Part shown: positions 9,267 to 18,913 of the stretch, piece after piece
Layout: the number at the start of each line of letters is the position of its first letter
Numbering within the stretch: position 1 is the stretch's first letter
DNA from: Candidatus Micrarchaeota archaeon
GTDB taxonomy: Archaea > Micrarchaeota > Micrarchaeia > Anstonellales > Anstonellaceae
Length of the DNA stretch: 64,000 nucleotides
Assembly: GCA_026396415.1 (NCBI GenBank)
Contig: JAPLWX010000050.1
Location: 15,783 to 79,782, forward strand
Direction of reading: 5' to 3'
Position numbers and translations under genes: made by a program
The notes under the pieces: model-generated
What the model saw: only the letters and a program-made list of their open reading frames with translations
Told to the model about the DNA's origin: nothing
The model's database searches: none

Positions 9267-9309
9267 AAGAGTAGATACGAATAAAAGCGCGCTAGCTTCC
9301 AAGCTTTGC

Positions 9310-10320
9310 ATGGAAAAGTCCACCTGGCTCGCCACGCCCAACATCGCCGTGGTGAAATACTGGGGCAAGCGCGACTCCGCGCTCAACCTCCCCTACAATG
9401 GCAGCGTGAGCGTGACAATGGATGAGGCTGTGAGCACGCGCACCACGGTGGAGTTTGATGCGCGGCTTTCTCACGACTTGTTTTGCCTCAATGGAAAAGC
9501 TGCAAGACCGGAGGAAACGGTGCGCGTTTCCCGTGTGCTTGATGCGGTAAGAAAGAAGGCCGGGATAAAAACGCGCGCCAAAGTTCATTCGGAAAACAAT
9601 TTTCCCACCGCGGCAGGCATTGCCTCGTCTGCATCAGGCTTTGCCGCGCTTGCCTGCGCAGCTGCCGATGCGGCAGGAATGCGCGCGGGCAGCGCCTCGC
9701 TTTCACGCTTCGCGCGCATGGGCTCAGGGAGCGCGTGCCGTTCCGTTATTGGGGGATTCGCAGAATGGAAAAAGGGCGTGAAGGCTGACGGCTCTGACTC
9801 CTATGCTGTGCAGATTGCGCCCGCCTCGCACTGGCAGAAGCTTCGAAACGTCATAGCAATCACCGATGCGGGAAGGAAGCTTATAGGCTCTGACCTTGGC
9901 ATGCAGATGACCGTGCAGGGAAGCGCGCTTTACAAGGAAAGGCTGCGGAAGATGCCTGCCCTCATAAGAGGCATGAAGCACGCCATACTCGCGTGCGACC
10001 TTCCCTCGTTCCTCTCTCTTGCCATGAAAGAATCGTCCAACATGCACGCGGTGATGCTGGATTCCACGCCGCCAATAGTGTACCTGAATGACATTTCATA
10101 CGCCATAATGCGCGCGGTGCACGAGTTCAATGCGCAGCAGGGCAAGGTGGCGGCAGGATACACTTTTGACGCAGGCCCCAACGCGCACGTCTACACAGCC
10201 GAGCGGCATGCAAAAGCGATAGCGCGCATGCTTGAGGGAATAAAAGGCGTGAAAAAGACGATTGTGTGCAGGCCTGGCAACGGGCCGAGGCGCCTGCCAG
10301 AAAAAGAAGCGCTGTTCTAA
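9310..10320 (+). CDS. mvaD: mevalonate-pathway decarboxylase of the GHMP kinase family (diphosphomevalonate / phosphomevalonate decarboxylase)
   Basis: The motifs IAVVKYWGKRD and NNFPTAAGIASSASGFAALA are hallmark MVD motifs. 336 aa. Confidence 0.8.
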   Translation: MEKSTWLATPNIAVVKYWGKRDSALNLPYNGSVSVTMDEAVSTRTTVEFDARLSHDLFCLNGKAARPEETVRVSRVLDAVRKKAGIKTRAKVHSENNFPTAAGIASSASGFAALACAAADAAGMRAGSASLSRFARMGSGSACRSVIGGFAEWKKGVKADGSDSYAVQIAPASHWQKLRNVIAITDAGRKLIGSDLGMQMTVQGSALYKERLRKMPALIRGMKHAILACDLPSFLSLAMKESSNMHAVMLDSTPPIVYLNDISYAIMRAVHEFNAQQGKVAAGYTFDAGPNAHVYTAERHAKAIARMLEGIKGVKKTIVCRPGNGPRRLPEKEALF

Positions 10321-10345
10321 TTCACTATCTTCTTTTCTTAACGTC

Positions 10346-10624
10346 CTATTTGCGCTTTTTCACATCCCAGATGAACTTTTCGCAGCGGACAGGCGTCACA
10401 GTTATCTCGAACCCATAGCCGTTTTCTGACAGGAATGCGCGCATCTTGTCATTTATGCCCTCTGAAACAGGGTCGTTGTTCATCCACGAGGTGGACTTGC
10501 CCACATTGAGGCAGTCCGCGACCAGCCCAGCGTCAAGGTCCGACACGCCCATGGACATCACCCTGTCATGCACTTCCTTCGGGGTGAGCTTCGCTAGTGA
10601 AACTTGCTGCGCAATGACTTCCAT
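10346..10624 (-). CDS. hypothetical protein (92 aa)
   Basis: ORF convergent with mvaD and divergent from the NUDIX gene. No motif recognised. Confidence 0.3.
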   Translation of the reverse strand: MEVIAQQVSLAKLTPKEVHDRVMSMGVSDLDAGLVADCLNVGKSTSWMNNDPVSEGINDKMRAFLSENGYGFEITVTPVRCEKFIWDVKKRK

Positions 10625-10688
10625 CCCATCTCCTCCTCGTGCAGCGCGCGCATTTCCCGGCTCGCCGCATTGGTCGCCTGCTGGGGTA

Positions 10689-11156
10689 TTGCCAAAAAAG
10701 GTTTATCAAGCTTTTGTGCGCGAACACTGTGTGGCAATCGAAAAATCCTGCGGCGCGCTCATTTTCCGGCAAGAGGGCGGAAGGAGGCTCTACCTGCTCC
10801 TGCATTACGCAGGCGGGCACTGGGATTTCCCCAAAGGGCACGTGGAAAAAGGCGAGAGCGAGGAGCAGACTGCCCTGCGCGAAATCAAGGAGGAAACCGG
10901 GCTGGCATCGCTCGAGTTCATCCCGGATTTCCGCGAGGAAATCTCATACTCGTTCCGGCACAACACCGGCGAGACTGCTGAAAAGCAGGTGGCATTCTTC
11001 CTTGCAAAAACAGGGGAAAAGCTGGTGCGCCTGTCAGACGAGCACATTGGCTTTGCCTGGCTGTCCTATCCGTCTGCCCTGAAAAAAGCCACCTATGAAA
11101 ATGCGCGCATGCTTTTGGAAAAGGCGGAAAAGAGGCTGTCAGAGGCGCCTGCCTGA
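10689..11156 (+). CDS. NUDIX hydrolase
   Basis: The Nudix box GHVEKGESEEQTALREIKEETGL is clear. The start is uncertain: TTG at 10689, or GTG at 10716 or 10731. Confidence 0.75.
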   Translation: MPKKVYQAFVREHCVAIEKSCGALIFRQEGGRRLYLLLHYAGGHWDFPKGHVEKGESEEQTALREIKEETGLASLEFIPDFREEISYSFRHNTGETAEKQVAFFLAKTGEKLVRLSDEHIGFAWLSYPSALKKATYENARMLLEKAEKRLSEAPA

Positions 11157-11169
11157 AAATGCATGGCAC

Positions 11170-11967
11170 TTACTTTCTTCCCCTCTTCCTTGGCGCGCGA
11201 AGCCAGGATTTCCCCTTCCCTGCTGCACGCGCCCGTTTTGCTTTTGCCTGTGCGCCTTTCTCCCTCCATTCAAGAAGCACGGCAAGCAATTTCTTCAGCT
11301 TCCTTGACCTGAAGTTCCTCACAACTAGTGCAGCCCTGCCTGTAAGCTCGCGCGCCCGCATTGTCGTGGTGAGCGCCACGCAGGGCATCCCTGCAGCAGC
11401 GGCAGCCTCCACGCCGGAAAGCGAGTCCTCGAAAACAATGCACTCGGACGGCTTCACCCTTATCTTTTTTGCCGCGCGCAGGAAAATTTCAGGGGAGGGC
11501 TTCCCATTCTTCACATGCTCTATCGCCACGAATGGAACGCCCTTCAGGCCGGCGGAGCGCAGCGACTCCTCCACATGGTTGGCATGCCCCCCTGATGCCA
11601 CTGCCTCCTTGATGCCGTTCTCCACAAGCAGATGGTGCACCTCTGCAAAGCCCTTGATTATTGGGAGCTTGTTCTTCCGAATCTCAGCAAGGTAAATGGC
11701 ATTCCTCCTCTTCACAAGCGTCCGCGCATCCTCCTTTATGCCATATCTCCTTATCAAATCCTTGAAGATGGCAGGTGAGCCGATGCCCGTGTACGCGCGC
11801 TTCCAGTGCGCGTTGTTGATTTTCACTCCGTATTTTGCAAGCGCGCGCTCGAATGTCCGCGGGTGCACCATCTCGGAGTCCACGATGACTCCGTCAAGGT
11901 CGAAAATAACCGCCTTGAAGCTGGAAAGGGCGGATAGCGGGACGGGCTTGAAATTCTTTTTTCGCAT
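11170..11967 (-). CDS. HAD-superfamily hydrolase (beta-phosphoglucomutase-like subfamily IA) with K/R-rich C-terminal tail
   Basis: Motif I is FKAVIFDLDGVIVDSE. The downstream motifs EDSLSGVEAAAAAGMPCVALTT are present. The start is placed at the internal ATG (MRKKNF) of a longer 594-aa open frame. Confidence 0.65.
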   Translation of the reverse strand: MRKKNFKPVPLSALSSFKAVIFDLDGVIVDSEMVHPRTFERALAKYGVKINNAHWKRAYTGIGSPAIFKDLIRRYGIKEDARTLVKRRNAIYLAEIRKNKLPIIKGFAEVHHLLVENGIKEAVASGGHANHVEESLRSAGLKGVPFVAIEHVKNGKPSPEIFLRAAKKIRVKPSECIVFEDSLSGVEAAAAAGMPCVALTTTMRARELTGRAALVVRNFRSRKLKKLLAVLLEWREKGAQAKAKRARAAGKGKSWLRAPRKRGRK

Positions 11968-12383
11968 GCCCCTGCTGTTTTTCCTGCTTCCATGGCTTGC
12001 GTATTCGAAATTCTTATTGCCAGGCATCCTGTTTTTTCCCTCTTGAACTCGAATTCTGCCTGTCTCTTGGCTTGCTCCTGCCTGCTTCATCCGGGAGCTT
12101 TGATATCCTGAGGCTGCTGCGGCAATTCCTGCAATCGCATCCTGGCGGGAATTCCCACATGCATCTGTCCTCACGTTTTCTGCAAGCACTGGCATTTGTG
12201 CAATCAATGCCGCCACGTCATCGACAACGTGGCAGCCAATGCCTGCGCCAAACCATTCCTGGTTTCCAATGTTTGGTCCTGCAATAGCGCTTTCGGGCGC
12301 ATTTGACGGCGCCTCCGCTCGAAATTTCCCCTCTGGCACTGAGAAAGAGAATGCAAAACCGTCAAAAGAGAAAACAGAGGGGA

Positions 12384-12954
12384 TACGGGCCGGCTTTCTT
12401 GCCGCATCTGCAATCGCCTTTGCACGGAGCTGAAGGAAAAGGAAGCGGTAATCCTCTCTCATATCTCCCATATAATGCCTGCGCATCATCTTTGCAAAGT
12501 CGCTCATGTTCACGTCTGCCTCTGTGAATTCGTCAAGCTGGAATGAGGCATGCACCCCGTCATAACGGGTTTTTATCGTATTGTCCAAGTCTCGGTGGTC
12601 GTAAACGAAGAAAATCTCAATCGCTTTGTCCCGCATGAATTCCGGGTCAAATAGCATGTTCCTGAAGTCGAGATAAATCTTTTTTCTCTCCCCATCCTCG
12701 CCATCAACTTCAACATATGGCATGTATTTTCTGCCGCTCTTTTTGTCTTTTATCACAAAATGATAGTATTTTGAGCGCTTGCCATCGACTTCAATCAGCT
12801 GCCACCCAAGCTCATGCCGCTTATCCCATTTGATATTGAGAGCCGGAGTTATGCCGTCCACAATCGGCATATTCTTTTCAAATTCAATGTTCTTTTTTTT
12901 AGGGCCGCCTCTGCCATTAACAACTACTGCTTCCGTTACGTATTTTTCTGGCAC
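12384..12954 (-). CDS. unknown protein domain (lower GC), in-frame with the downstream HAD ORF through a low-complexity linker; possibly an independent gene, a fusion or a pseudogene
   Basis: The first about 190 aa (MPEKYVTEAVVVNGRGGPKKKNIEFEK...YRFLFLQLRAKAIADAARK) read as ordered protein. About 140 aa of Ala/Gly/Ser-rich sequence then follow before the HAD start. Confidence 0.3.
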
Positions 12955-13022
12955 TCACACACCCGCAAGGAAGGCAGATTGGCTGGGCAACGTTTAAAAT
13001 GAGTCCTACCTCCTGCCGGGAA

Positions 13023-13598
13023 TCAGTAGTCTATCCCGCAGCGCGAAACGATGCCTTTGTCAAACGGGTGCTTTTCCTTTTTGACATAGGTGACATAGTC
13101 CGAAGCTTCCTCTATCGCGCGCGTGGCGCCCCTTCCTGTTAGGATGAGCTCGCAGCCCAGCGCGCGGGACTTGATGAGCGAAAGCACGTCTGCCTCGCTC
13201 ACCAGCCCCTCCTTCATCGCCCAGAATATCTCGTCAAGCACTACAAGCCCATACTCGCCGCCTGCGCACATCCTTTTTGCTTTCTCAAATGCGGCGGTGA
13301 CCAGCACCCTGTCCATGCCGTTGATTGCGAAGCAGTCCCGGCAGAATGTTACGTGCCCTTTTTCCAAAAGCATCGCCTCATGCTCCTTCTGGTGCAAGCA
13401 GTGCTTGGTGCAGCTCACCACAGCGACTCCCAGCTTCTCAAGCGCAGGCAGCTCAGAGGACAGCCCGCCCTTCAGGAACTGGATGAACACGACTCTCATT
13501 CCCCTGCTTGCCGCGCGCACCGCTATCCCTACCGCCGAGGTGGTCTTGCCATTGCCGTCACCTGTGATGACATGCACCAGCCCCTCTTTCCTTGTCAT
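13023..13598 (-). CDS. cobO: cob(I)yrinic acid a,c-diamide adenosyltransferase (CobA/CobO/BtuR family)
   Basis: The P-loop HVITGDGNGKTTSAVGIAVRAASRGMRVVFIQFLKG is typical of the family. The start is placed at the ATG (MTRKEG) rather than the TTG at 13619. Confidence 0.8.
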   Translation of the reverse strand: MTRKEGLVHVITGDGNGKTTSAVGIAVRAASRGMRVVFIQFLKGGLSSELPALEKLGVAVVSCTKHCLHQKEHEAMLLEKGHVTFCRDCFAINGMDRVLVTAAFEKAKRMCAGGEYGLVVLDEIFWAMKEGLVSEADVLSLIKSRALGCELILTGRGATRAIEEASDYVTYVKKEKHPFDKGIVSRCGIDY

Positions 13599-13650
13599 AT
13601 ATGCGTTAGGCAGGGGCAATATTATTACCCCTTTCCCCGAAAATCAACTC

Positions 13651-14667
13651 ATGCGCGAGGCAAGCCTGTACAAGAGCATGCCGCAGCATGCTGTTTCCTG
13701 CTTCCTATGCCAGCGGAGATGCTATCTTAGGGATGGCGAAAAGGGCTTTTGTCACGCGCGGCAGAATATCGGAGGCAAGCTCCAGTCGCTCAACTACGGG
13801 AAATGCGTCTCGTACTGCAACGACCCGATTGAGAAAAAGCCCTTCTACCACTTCATGCCAGGCTCCCAGGTCTTCTCGTTCGCGGCTGCAGGCTGCAATT
13901 TTAATTGCGATTTTTGCCAAAATAGTACGATATCTCAGCCTGCGCAAATATTCGGGCAGGAACTCCCCCCCGAGAAACTGCTGGAGCTTGCGCTCGCGCA
14001 CAACTCGCAGGGGATTGCATATACCTATACCGAGCCCACCATATTCTACGAGTACGCGAAGGATACCGCGCTTCTTGCGCGCAAGAAGGGGTTGTACAAC
14101 GTTTTCGTGACAAACGGCTACATGACGCCTGAAACAATAGAGGATGCAGCCTGGCTCGACGCGGCGAGAATCGACCTCAAGGCGTTCACCGACAAATTCT
14201 ACAGGGAAGTGTGCGGCGACGCGCACCTTGAGCCGGTCCTCAAGTCCATCAAGCTCCTCCACAGCAGGATGCATATCGAGGTAATCACCCTGCTCATCCC
14301 CACGCTCAACGATTCCGACGAAGAGATACGCGCGCTTTCAGAGTGGGTGGCAGGGCTTGGCAAGGACATACCGCTCCACTTCACTGGCTATTACCCATCG
14401 AACCGCATGACGCTGCCGCCAACCCCGGGCGAGACTCTTCTTCGCGCGCGCAAAATCGCCATGGAGGAGGGGCTGAACTACGTTTACACGGGCAACAGGC
14501 CTGGCGACGGGGGCGAGAACACGGTTTGCCCCAAGTGCGGCGCGGTGGCAGTGGAGCGCTTTGGCTTTGAGGTGGTGGCAAATAACCTCGGAAAAGATGC
14601 GCGTTGCGCGAAATGCGGCGCCTCGCTTCCGTTCGTTCTTGACTGGAAAAAAGGGAGGAAAAAATAG
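13651..14667 (+). CDS. AmmeMemoRadiSam-system radical SAM enzyme (PFL-activase-like)
   Basis: Has an N-terminal CFLCQRRC and the radical SAM motif GCNFNCDFCQN. A C-terminal CPKCG...CAKCG zinc-ribbon pair is present. The layout is typical of the AMMECR1-associated radical SAM family. The first 528 nt of the track ORF are antisense to cobO and were excluded. Confidence 0.7.
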   Translation: MREASLYKSMPQHAVSCFLCQRRCYLRDGEKGFCHARQNIGGKLQSLNYGKCVSYCNDPIEKKPFYHFMPGSQVFSFAAAGCNFNCDFCQNSTISQPAQIFGQELPPEKLLELALAHNSQGIAYTYTEPTIFYEYAKDTALLARKKGLYNVFVTNGYMTPETIEDAAWLDAARIDLKAFTDKFYREVCGDAHLEPVLKSIKLLHSRMHIEVITLLIPTLNDSDEEIRALSEWVAGLGKDIPLHFTGYYPSNRMTLPPTPGETLLRARKIAMEEGLNYVYTGNRPGDGGENTVCPKCGAVAVERFGFEVVANNLGKDARCAKCGASLPFVLDWKKGRKK

Positions 14668-14676
14668 CGCAGATTC

Positions 14677-16437
14677 TTACTTGATGCCCCGTTCCTTCTT
14701 TATCTCTTCATATGCTTCATTCAGCACGCCGAACTGGTGGCCCAAGCTCCTCTTCTCGTCTTCGCTTGCGTTTGGGTGCTTGTCAGGGTGGAATTCCATC
14801 GCCTTGGTCCTGTAAGCCTTCTTTATTTCCTCATCGCTTGCTTCCCGCGAAACTCCGAGAATGTCGTACTTGTCCCTGTAGCTTGAGGCTGGGCTTTCTG
14901 CAGATTGGTAATCGCCTTCATGCGTCCCACTGCCTTCATCCTGCTTTGTTTCCCTGCCATGCCCTGCGCCCCTTCCCTGCCCGAAGCCACCCTCCCATTC
15001 GCTTTTGAAGCCTGAAAAGAATGAATCGTAGTAGCTGTCATAGAATTTGTCCGAGCTCCCGAATGCTTCCTTGCACCTATTATACATCTCGGAAATCTCA
15101 GCCATGCGCTCAGGGGCGTATTCCATGAAGAAGTTGTACAGGCTGCGCGAATAGTCGTGCCTGTCCGCAAAAAATCCGATGTCGTCTTTGCCAAGAAGCA
15201 TGGCCTCCAGGGTTTCGATTATGGAGTCCCCCGCCTGCTTTTTCACTTCGCTGTAGACCCAGTTTGGGAGGAAGCCAGGGTATGCATCGAACAGGTTCAT
15301 CATCATTGTCAAATAGGGCCCATCCCCTAAGTTGTCGTTGAATTCGTCAGCCCATCCCCGTGTTATGCAGCTTTTTATCTCCTTCTTGCAATGGTCGGCA
15401 AATTCGTGCATCAGCTTGGCTTCATTCTTCCTGAAAGCGACTGGCGCAAGCTCAGCAATATCATGCAGCCGCCTGAGGACATATGCCAGGTAAATAGTTT
15501 CGTTCATGTCTTCCCGGAAGTGCCCGTAAGTCCATTTGTAGACCAGGTTTTCCTTCTCCACCCGTATCTCCTTGTAAACGGCACCGAAGTCTTCCTTTAT
15601 CTTGTTTGATATTAGGACAGCATCCCTAATCCTGTTCTCGCGCAGGGAGAAGTACCCCTGCTCATTCTCCTTCAAGTCTTCATTTATTCTCAGGCTGCTT
15701 CGCAGGAATTCAAGGGCAAAAACTTTCAGGTTTTCGTGGATTTCCCGCCGTTCTGGCATGGAAGCGAGGAATTCCTTCGGGATGTTCGATTCAGTGAGCT
15801 TCAGGAACTCCAAATAGCGGGATAGGATGCAGTAATCGTTCATGTCCAGCGTTTCCCTGTTGTCAAACAGGTAGGAAACCTTCTCCTTGCCCACATTCCA
15901 CACCAGGAGTGCAACCTGCCTTTTGCCCTCCTCACTGCAGACAATATATGCCTTTTTGACCGGTTCTTTAGCCCTGTCAAACCAGTTCAATGCATAATAG
16001 CCACCGTTTAGCGCCTGCCGCACTTCTTCAATCATCTGCCTGTCAACGCTATTCAGTTCCTGTTGCTCGCCGTTCGCAGCTTGTTTTCCTGAAAGGCACG
16101 CCTGTTGCTCGAGGTTGCACGTCCCAGTTCGTGTTTTTGCCGATTCCTGGCCGATTCTGCCCGTCCCGCCCTCGCTGCGCCTCTCTTCAATCAGGTCCCT
16201 TTTCTGGAATGCCAATGTGCTGTTGCCCAGGTATTTTTCAGGGTCAATGCCTCTGAGCTTGCAGTAGGCAATGAATATTTTTGTGTATTCTTCGCCCCTG
16301 CTCCTGTCCAGGCCGGCAAGCTCGCGGATAAGCTTGGCAGCCACATCCAATTTCTTTGAGACGATGCATTCTGGAATAAGGAGCTCAAGCTCAGTTACTC
16401 TCTGGCTTTTTTTGGCTTCTTGGAACAACGGTGCCAC
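14677..16437 (-). CDS. large protein with C-terminal DnaJ (J) domain and unknown N-terminal region
   Basis: The C-terminus reads DKYDILGVSREASDEEIKKAYRTKAMEFHPDKHPN, which includes the HPD tripeptide. The start is a GTG at 16437, and an internal ATG is possible. Confidence 0.65.
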   Translation of the reverse strand: MAPLFQEAKKSQRVTELELLIPECIVSKKLDVAAKLIRELAGLDRSRGEEYTKIFIAYCKLRGIDPEKYLGNSTLAFQKRDLIEERRSEGGTGRIGQESAKTRTGTCNLEQQACLSGKQAANGEQQELNSVDRQMIEEVRQALNGGYYALNWFDRAKEPVKKAYIVCSEEGKRQVALLVWNVGKEKVSYLFDNRETLDMNDYCILSRYLEFLKLTESNIPKEFLASMPERREIHENLKVFALEFLRSSLRINEDLKENEQGYFSLRENRIRDAVLISNKIKEDFGAVYKEIRVEKENLVYKWTYGHFREDMNETIYLAYVLRRLHDIAELAPVAFRKNEAKLMHEFADHCKKEIKSCITRGWADEFNDNLGDGPYLTMMMNLFDAYPGFLPNWVYSEVKKQAGDSIIETLEAMLLGKDDIGFFADRHDYSRSLYNFFMEYAPERMAEISEMYNRCKEAFGSSDKFYDSYYDSFFSGFKSEWEGGFGQGRGAGHGRETKQDEGSGTHEGDYQSAESPASSYRDKYDILGVSREASDEEIKKAYRTKAMEFHPDKHPNASEDEKRSLGHQFGVLNEAYEEIKKERGIK

Positions 16438-16526
16438 CTATGCTGTGTTATTTTGTAATACCCTATGTATTGCTATTTGTGGTAGTATTTATAAATATAG
16501 CGCAGTTTGCAGAAGAGCGGCAACGA

Positions 16527-17870
16527 TTAGGCCGTGCCAATCTCCTTCATATGCGCTGTGCGCCTTTTCAAAAGCCCGGGCGTGCCGATGTCGCGCCTGT
16601 GCCACACTTTGCCCGTGATTGCGCCGCATGCGCTTTCCGCGATTCTCTCGGCTGCGCCAATGGTGTCTGCAACTCCCACCAGGCCAATGGAGCGGGACGA
16701 CTGCGTGCAGATGGCGCCTTCCTTCTCATGCACCGAGGCATAGAAAACGCGCGCGCCAGTTTTCTCAAGCGCAGCGTTGTCAATCGATAGCGGCTGGTCA
16801 GTTATCGACTTGCCAGGGTAGCCCTCAGGCACCAGGTACTTGCACACTGTCGCCTTTTTCTCAAATTCCGGCGCTTTTTTTATCTTGTGCGCAGCCATCT
16901 GCTCGAATATGGAGTAGAGGTCTGATTTGAGGATGCACAGCACATTCATAGCCTCGGGGTCGCCAAAGCGGGCATTGTACTCAATGAGCTTCACCCCCTC
17001 TTTTGTTGCCATGAAGCCGCCGTAAAGCACGCCAACAAAGGGCTTGCCTGTCTTTTTCCTGAAAGCCTCGATTGTTTTCTGCATGATGGCAAGCGCGTCG
17101 TCCTTGTGCGCTGCCTTCAGGAAGGGAAGCAAGTGGTTTGCATCGGAGTACGAGCCCATTCCCCCTGTGTTTGCGCCAATATCTCCTTCGTACGCGCGCT
17201 TGTGGTCCTGGACAAGGGGCATGCCATGCACTTTGCTGCCATCTGAAAACGCCTGCAGCGAAAATTCCTCGCCATCCAGCTTTTCCTCAATCACGATGCT
17301 CACATTTCCGCCAAGCCTGGATGAAAGCAGCTCGGACGCATACTGCTTTGCCTCAACCCCGTCATTGAGCTGGAAGCCAGTCACTTTCACTCCCTTGCCC
17401 CCTGTCAGGCCCGAAGGCTTGACCGCCACCTGCCCGCTGCACGAGCCGATGAACGAGTGCGCCTCAGCCTCGTTGTCGAAAATGCCGAACTTCGGCGAGC
17501 CAGGCACGCGAAAGTCGCGGAGAAGTTCCCTGCAATATGCCTTGTCCCATTCCAGGCGCGCAGCCTCGCGCGTGGGCGCGGCGCAGGGCACGCCTGCAAT
17601 AAGAAGCGCGTCTGTCACCCCTGCCGCAAGCACTGCATCAGGCGAGGGGAATGCAAGCGAAATGCCCCTGCCTTCGGCAAACGCCTCCACCTGCTGAGGG
17701 GAATGTATGTCGCCTATTGCCAGCTCCCCGCCTGATTTTCGCACAAGCCCGGAAATTCCGGGGTTGTTCGCGGACATGAATGCGAACAGCCGCACATCCG
17801 CGTTCCTGCAGATTGCCTCGGCTATCGCATGCTCGCGCGCGCCATTCCCGACAAGGAGGAAATTTTTCAT
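16527..17870 (-). CDS. purD: phosphoribosylamine--glycine ligase
   Basis: The N-terminus reads MKNFLLVGNGAREHAIA. ATP-grasp motifs are present throughout, and the C-terminus reads GAITGKVWHRRDIGT. The ATG is at 17870. Confidence 0.9.
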   Translation of the reverse strand: MKNFLLVGNGAREHAIAEAICRNADVRLFAFMSANNPGISGLVRKSGGELAIGDIHSPQQVEAFAEGRGISLAFPSPDAVLAAGVTDALLIAGVPCAAPTREAARLEWDKAYCRELLRDFRVPGSPKFGIFDNEAEAHSFIGSCSGQVAVKPSGLTGGKGVKVTGFQLNDGVEAKQYASELLSSRLGGNVSIVIEEKLDGEEFSLQAFSDGSKVHGMPLVQDHKRAYEGDIGANTGGMGSYSDANHLLPFLKAAHKDDALAIMQKTIEAFRKKTGKPFVGVLYGGFMATKEGVKLIEYNARFGDPEAMNVLCILKSDLYSIFEQMAAHKIKKAPEFEKKATVCKYLVPEGYPGKSITDQPLSIDNAALEKTGARVFYASVHEKEGAICTQSSRSIGLVGVADTIGAAERIAESACGAITGKVWHRRDIGTPGLLKRRTAHMKEIGTA

Positions 17871-17944
17871 CCAACCACCACACCGACTGATGACGTATAT
17901 TTGTAAAGAGTGTTTATAATGTTTGAAGCCCACTTTCCCATCAG

Positions 17945-18913
17945 GTGGTATTGATGTCAGGCATACTGGTCATTGGCGCGGTCGGGCAGATAGGCACCGA
18001 GCTTACCATGGAGCTTCGCAGGCGCCACGGGGGCTCAAGCGTGGTGGCGGCGACACGAAAGACGCCGTTCCCGCCAGAGATGGAAAAGAGCGGGCCGTGC
18101 ATATTCTTCGACGTCTCTGACAAGGAGGCTATGAAAAAGGTGATAAAGGAGCACGACATCGGCACCATCTACCAGCTAGCCTCGCTCTTGTCTGCAACAG
18201 GGGAAAAAGACCCCGACCTCGCCTTCCAAATCAACCTCATAGGCCTGAAGAACACGCTTGACGTATGCCGCGAGTGCGGGGTGAAAAAGATTTTCTGGCC
18301 ATCCTCGATTGCGGCATTCGGCCCCACTACGCCCCGCGACAACACGCCGCAATGGACTGTGCTTGAGCCCACCACCATGTACGGCGTGACCAAGGTGTCA
18401 GGCGAGCTGCTTCTCCAGTACTACTACAAGAAATATGGACTGGACACGCGCTCGGTGCGATACCCCGGGCTCATTTCCTACAAGGCAGAGCCCGGCGGCG
18501 GCACCACCGACTACTCGGTCGCAATCTTCTACGAGGCAATAAAGCACAAGAAGTATACCTGCTTCGTAGGCGCGCACACCGTGCTTCCCATGATGTACAT
18601 GCCCGATGCCATACGCGGAACGATAGAGCTGATGGACGCGCCGCGCGAAAAGCTCAAGGTGGCGACCTCATACAACCTTGCCGCGATATCATTCTCGGCA
18701 AAGGAGCTTGCCGACGAGGTCGCGCGCATCATCCCGGGCTTCGTGTGCGACTACAAGCCCGACCACCGCCAGGCAATCGCGGACAGCTGGCCAAAGTCGA
18801 TAGACGACTCGCAGGCGCGGCAGGACTGGGGCTGGAAGCACGAGTACGACCTGAAGAGGATGAGCGAGGACATGGTCAAGAACCTGCGGCCCATGCTTGA
18901 AAATAAAAAGTAA
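17945..18913 (+). CDS. NAD-dependent epimerase/dehydratase family protein, L-threonine 3-dehydrogenase-like (short-chain type)
   Basis: The Rossmann motif is ILVIGAVGQIGTEL, and the catalytic YxxxK reads MYGVTKVSGE. The length and the C-terminal pattern resemble the UDP-Gal-epimerase-like TDH family. Confidence 0.6.
   Translation: MVLMSGILVIGAVGQIGTELTMELRRRHGGSSVVAATRKTPFPPEMEKSGPCIFFDVSDKEAMKKVIKEHDIGTIYQLASLLSATGEKDPDLAFQINLIGLKNTLDVCRECGVKKIFWPSSIAAFGPTTPRDNTPQWTVLEPTTMYGVTKVSGELLLQYYYKKYGLDTRSVRYPGLISYKAEPGGGTTDYSVAIFYEAIKHKKYTCFVGAHTVLPMMYMPDAIRGTIELMDAPREKLKVATSYNLAAISFSAKELADEVARIIPGFVCDYKPDHRQAIADSWPKSIDDSQARQDWGWKHEYDLKRMSEDMVKNLRPMLENKK

Noticed and set aside
13123-13650. 5' part of the 514-aa plus-strand ORF (13123-14667)
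   Set aside because: This portion is antisense to cobO and low-complexity. The radical SAM gene clearly begins at the ATG at 13651.
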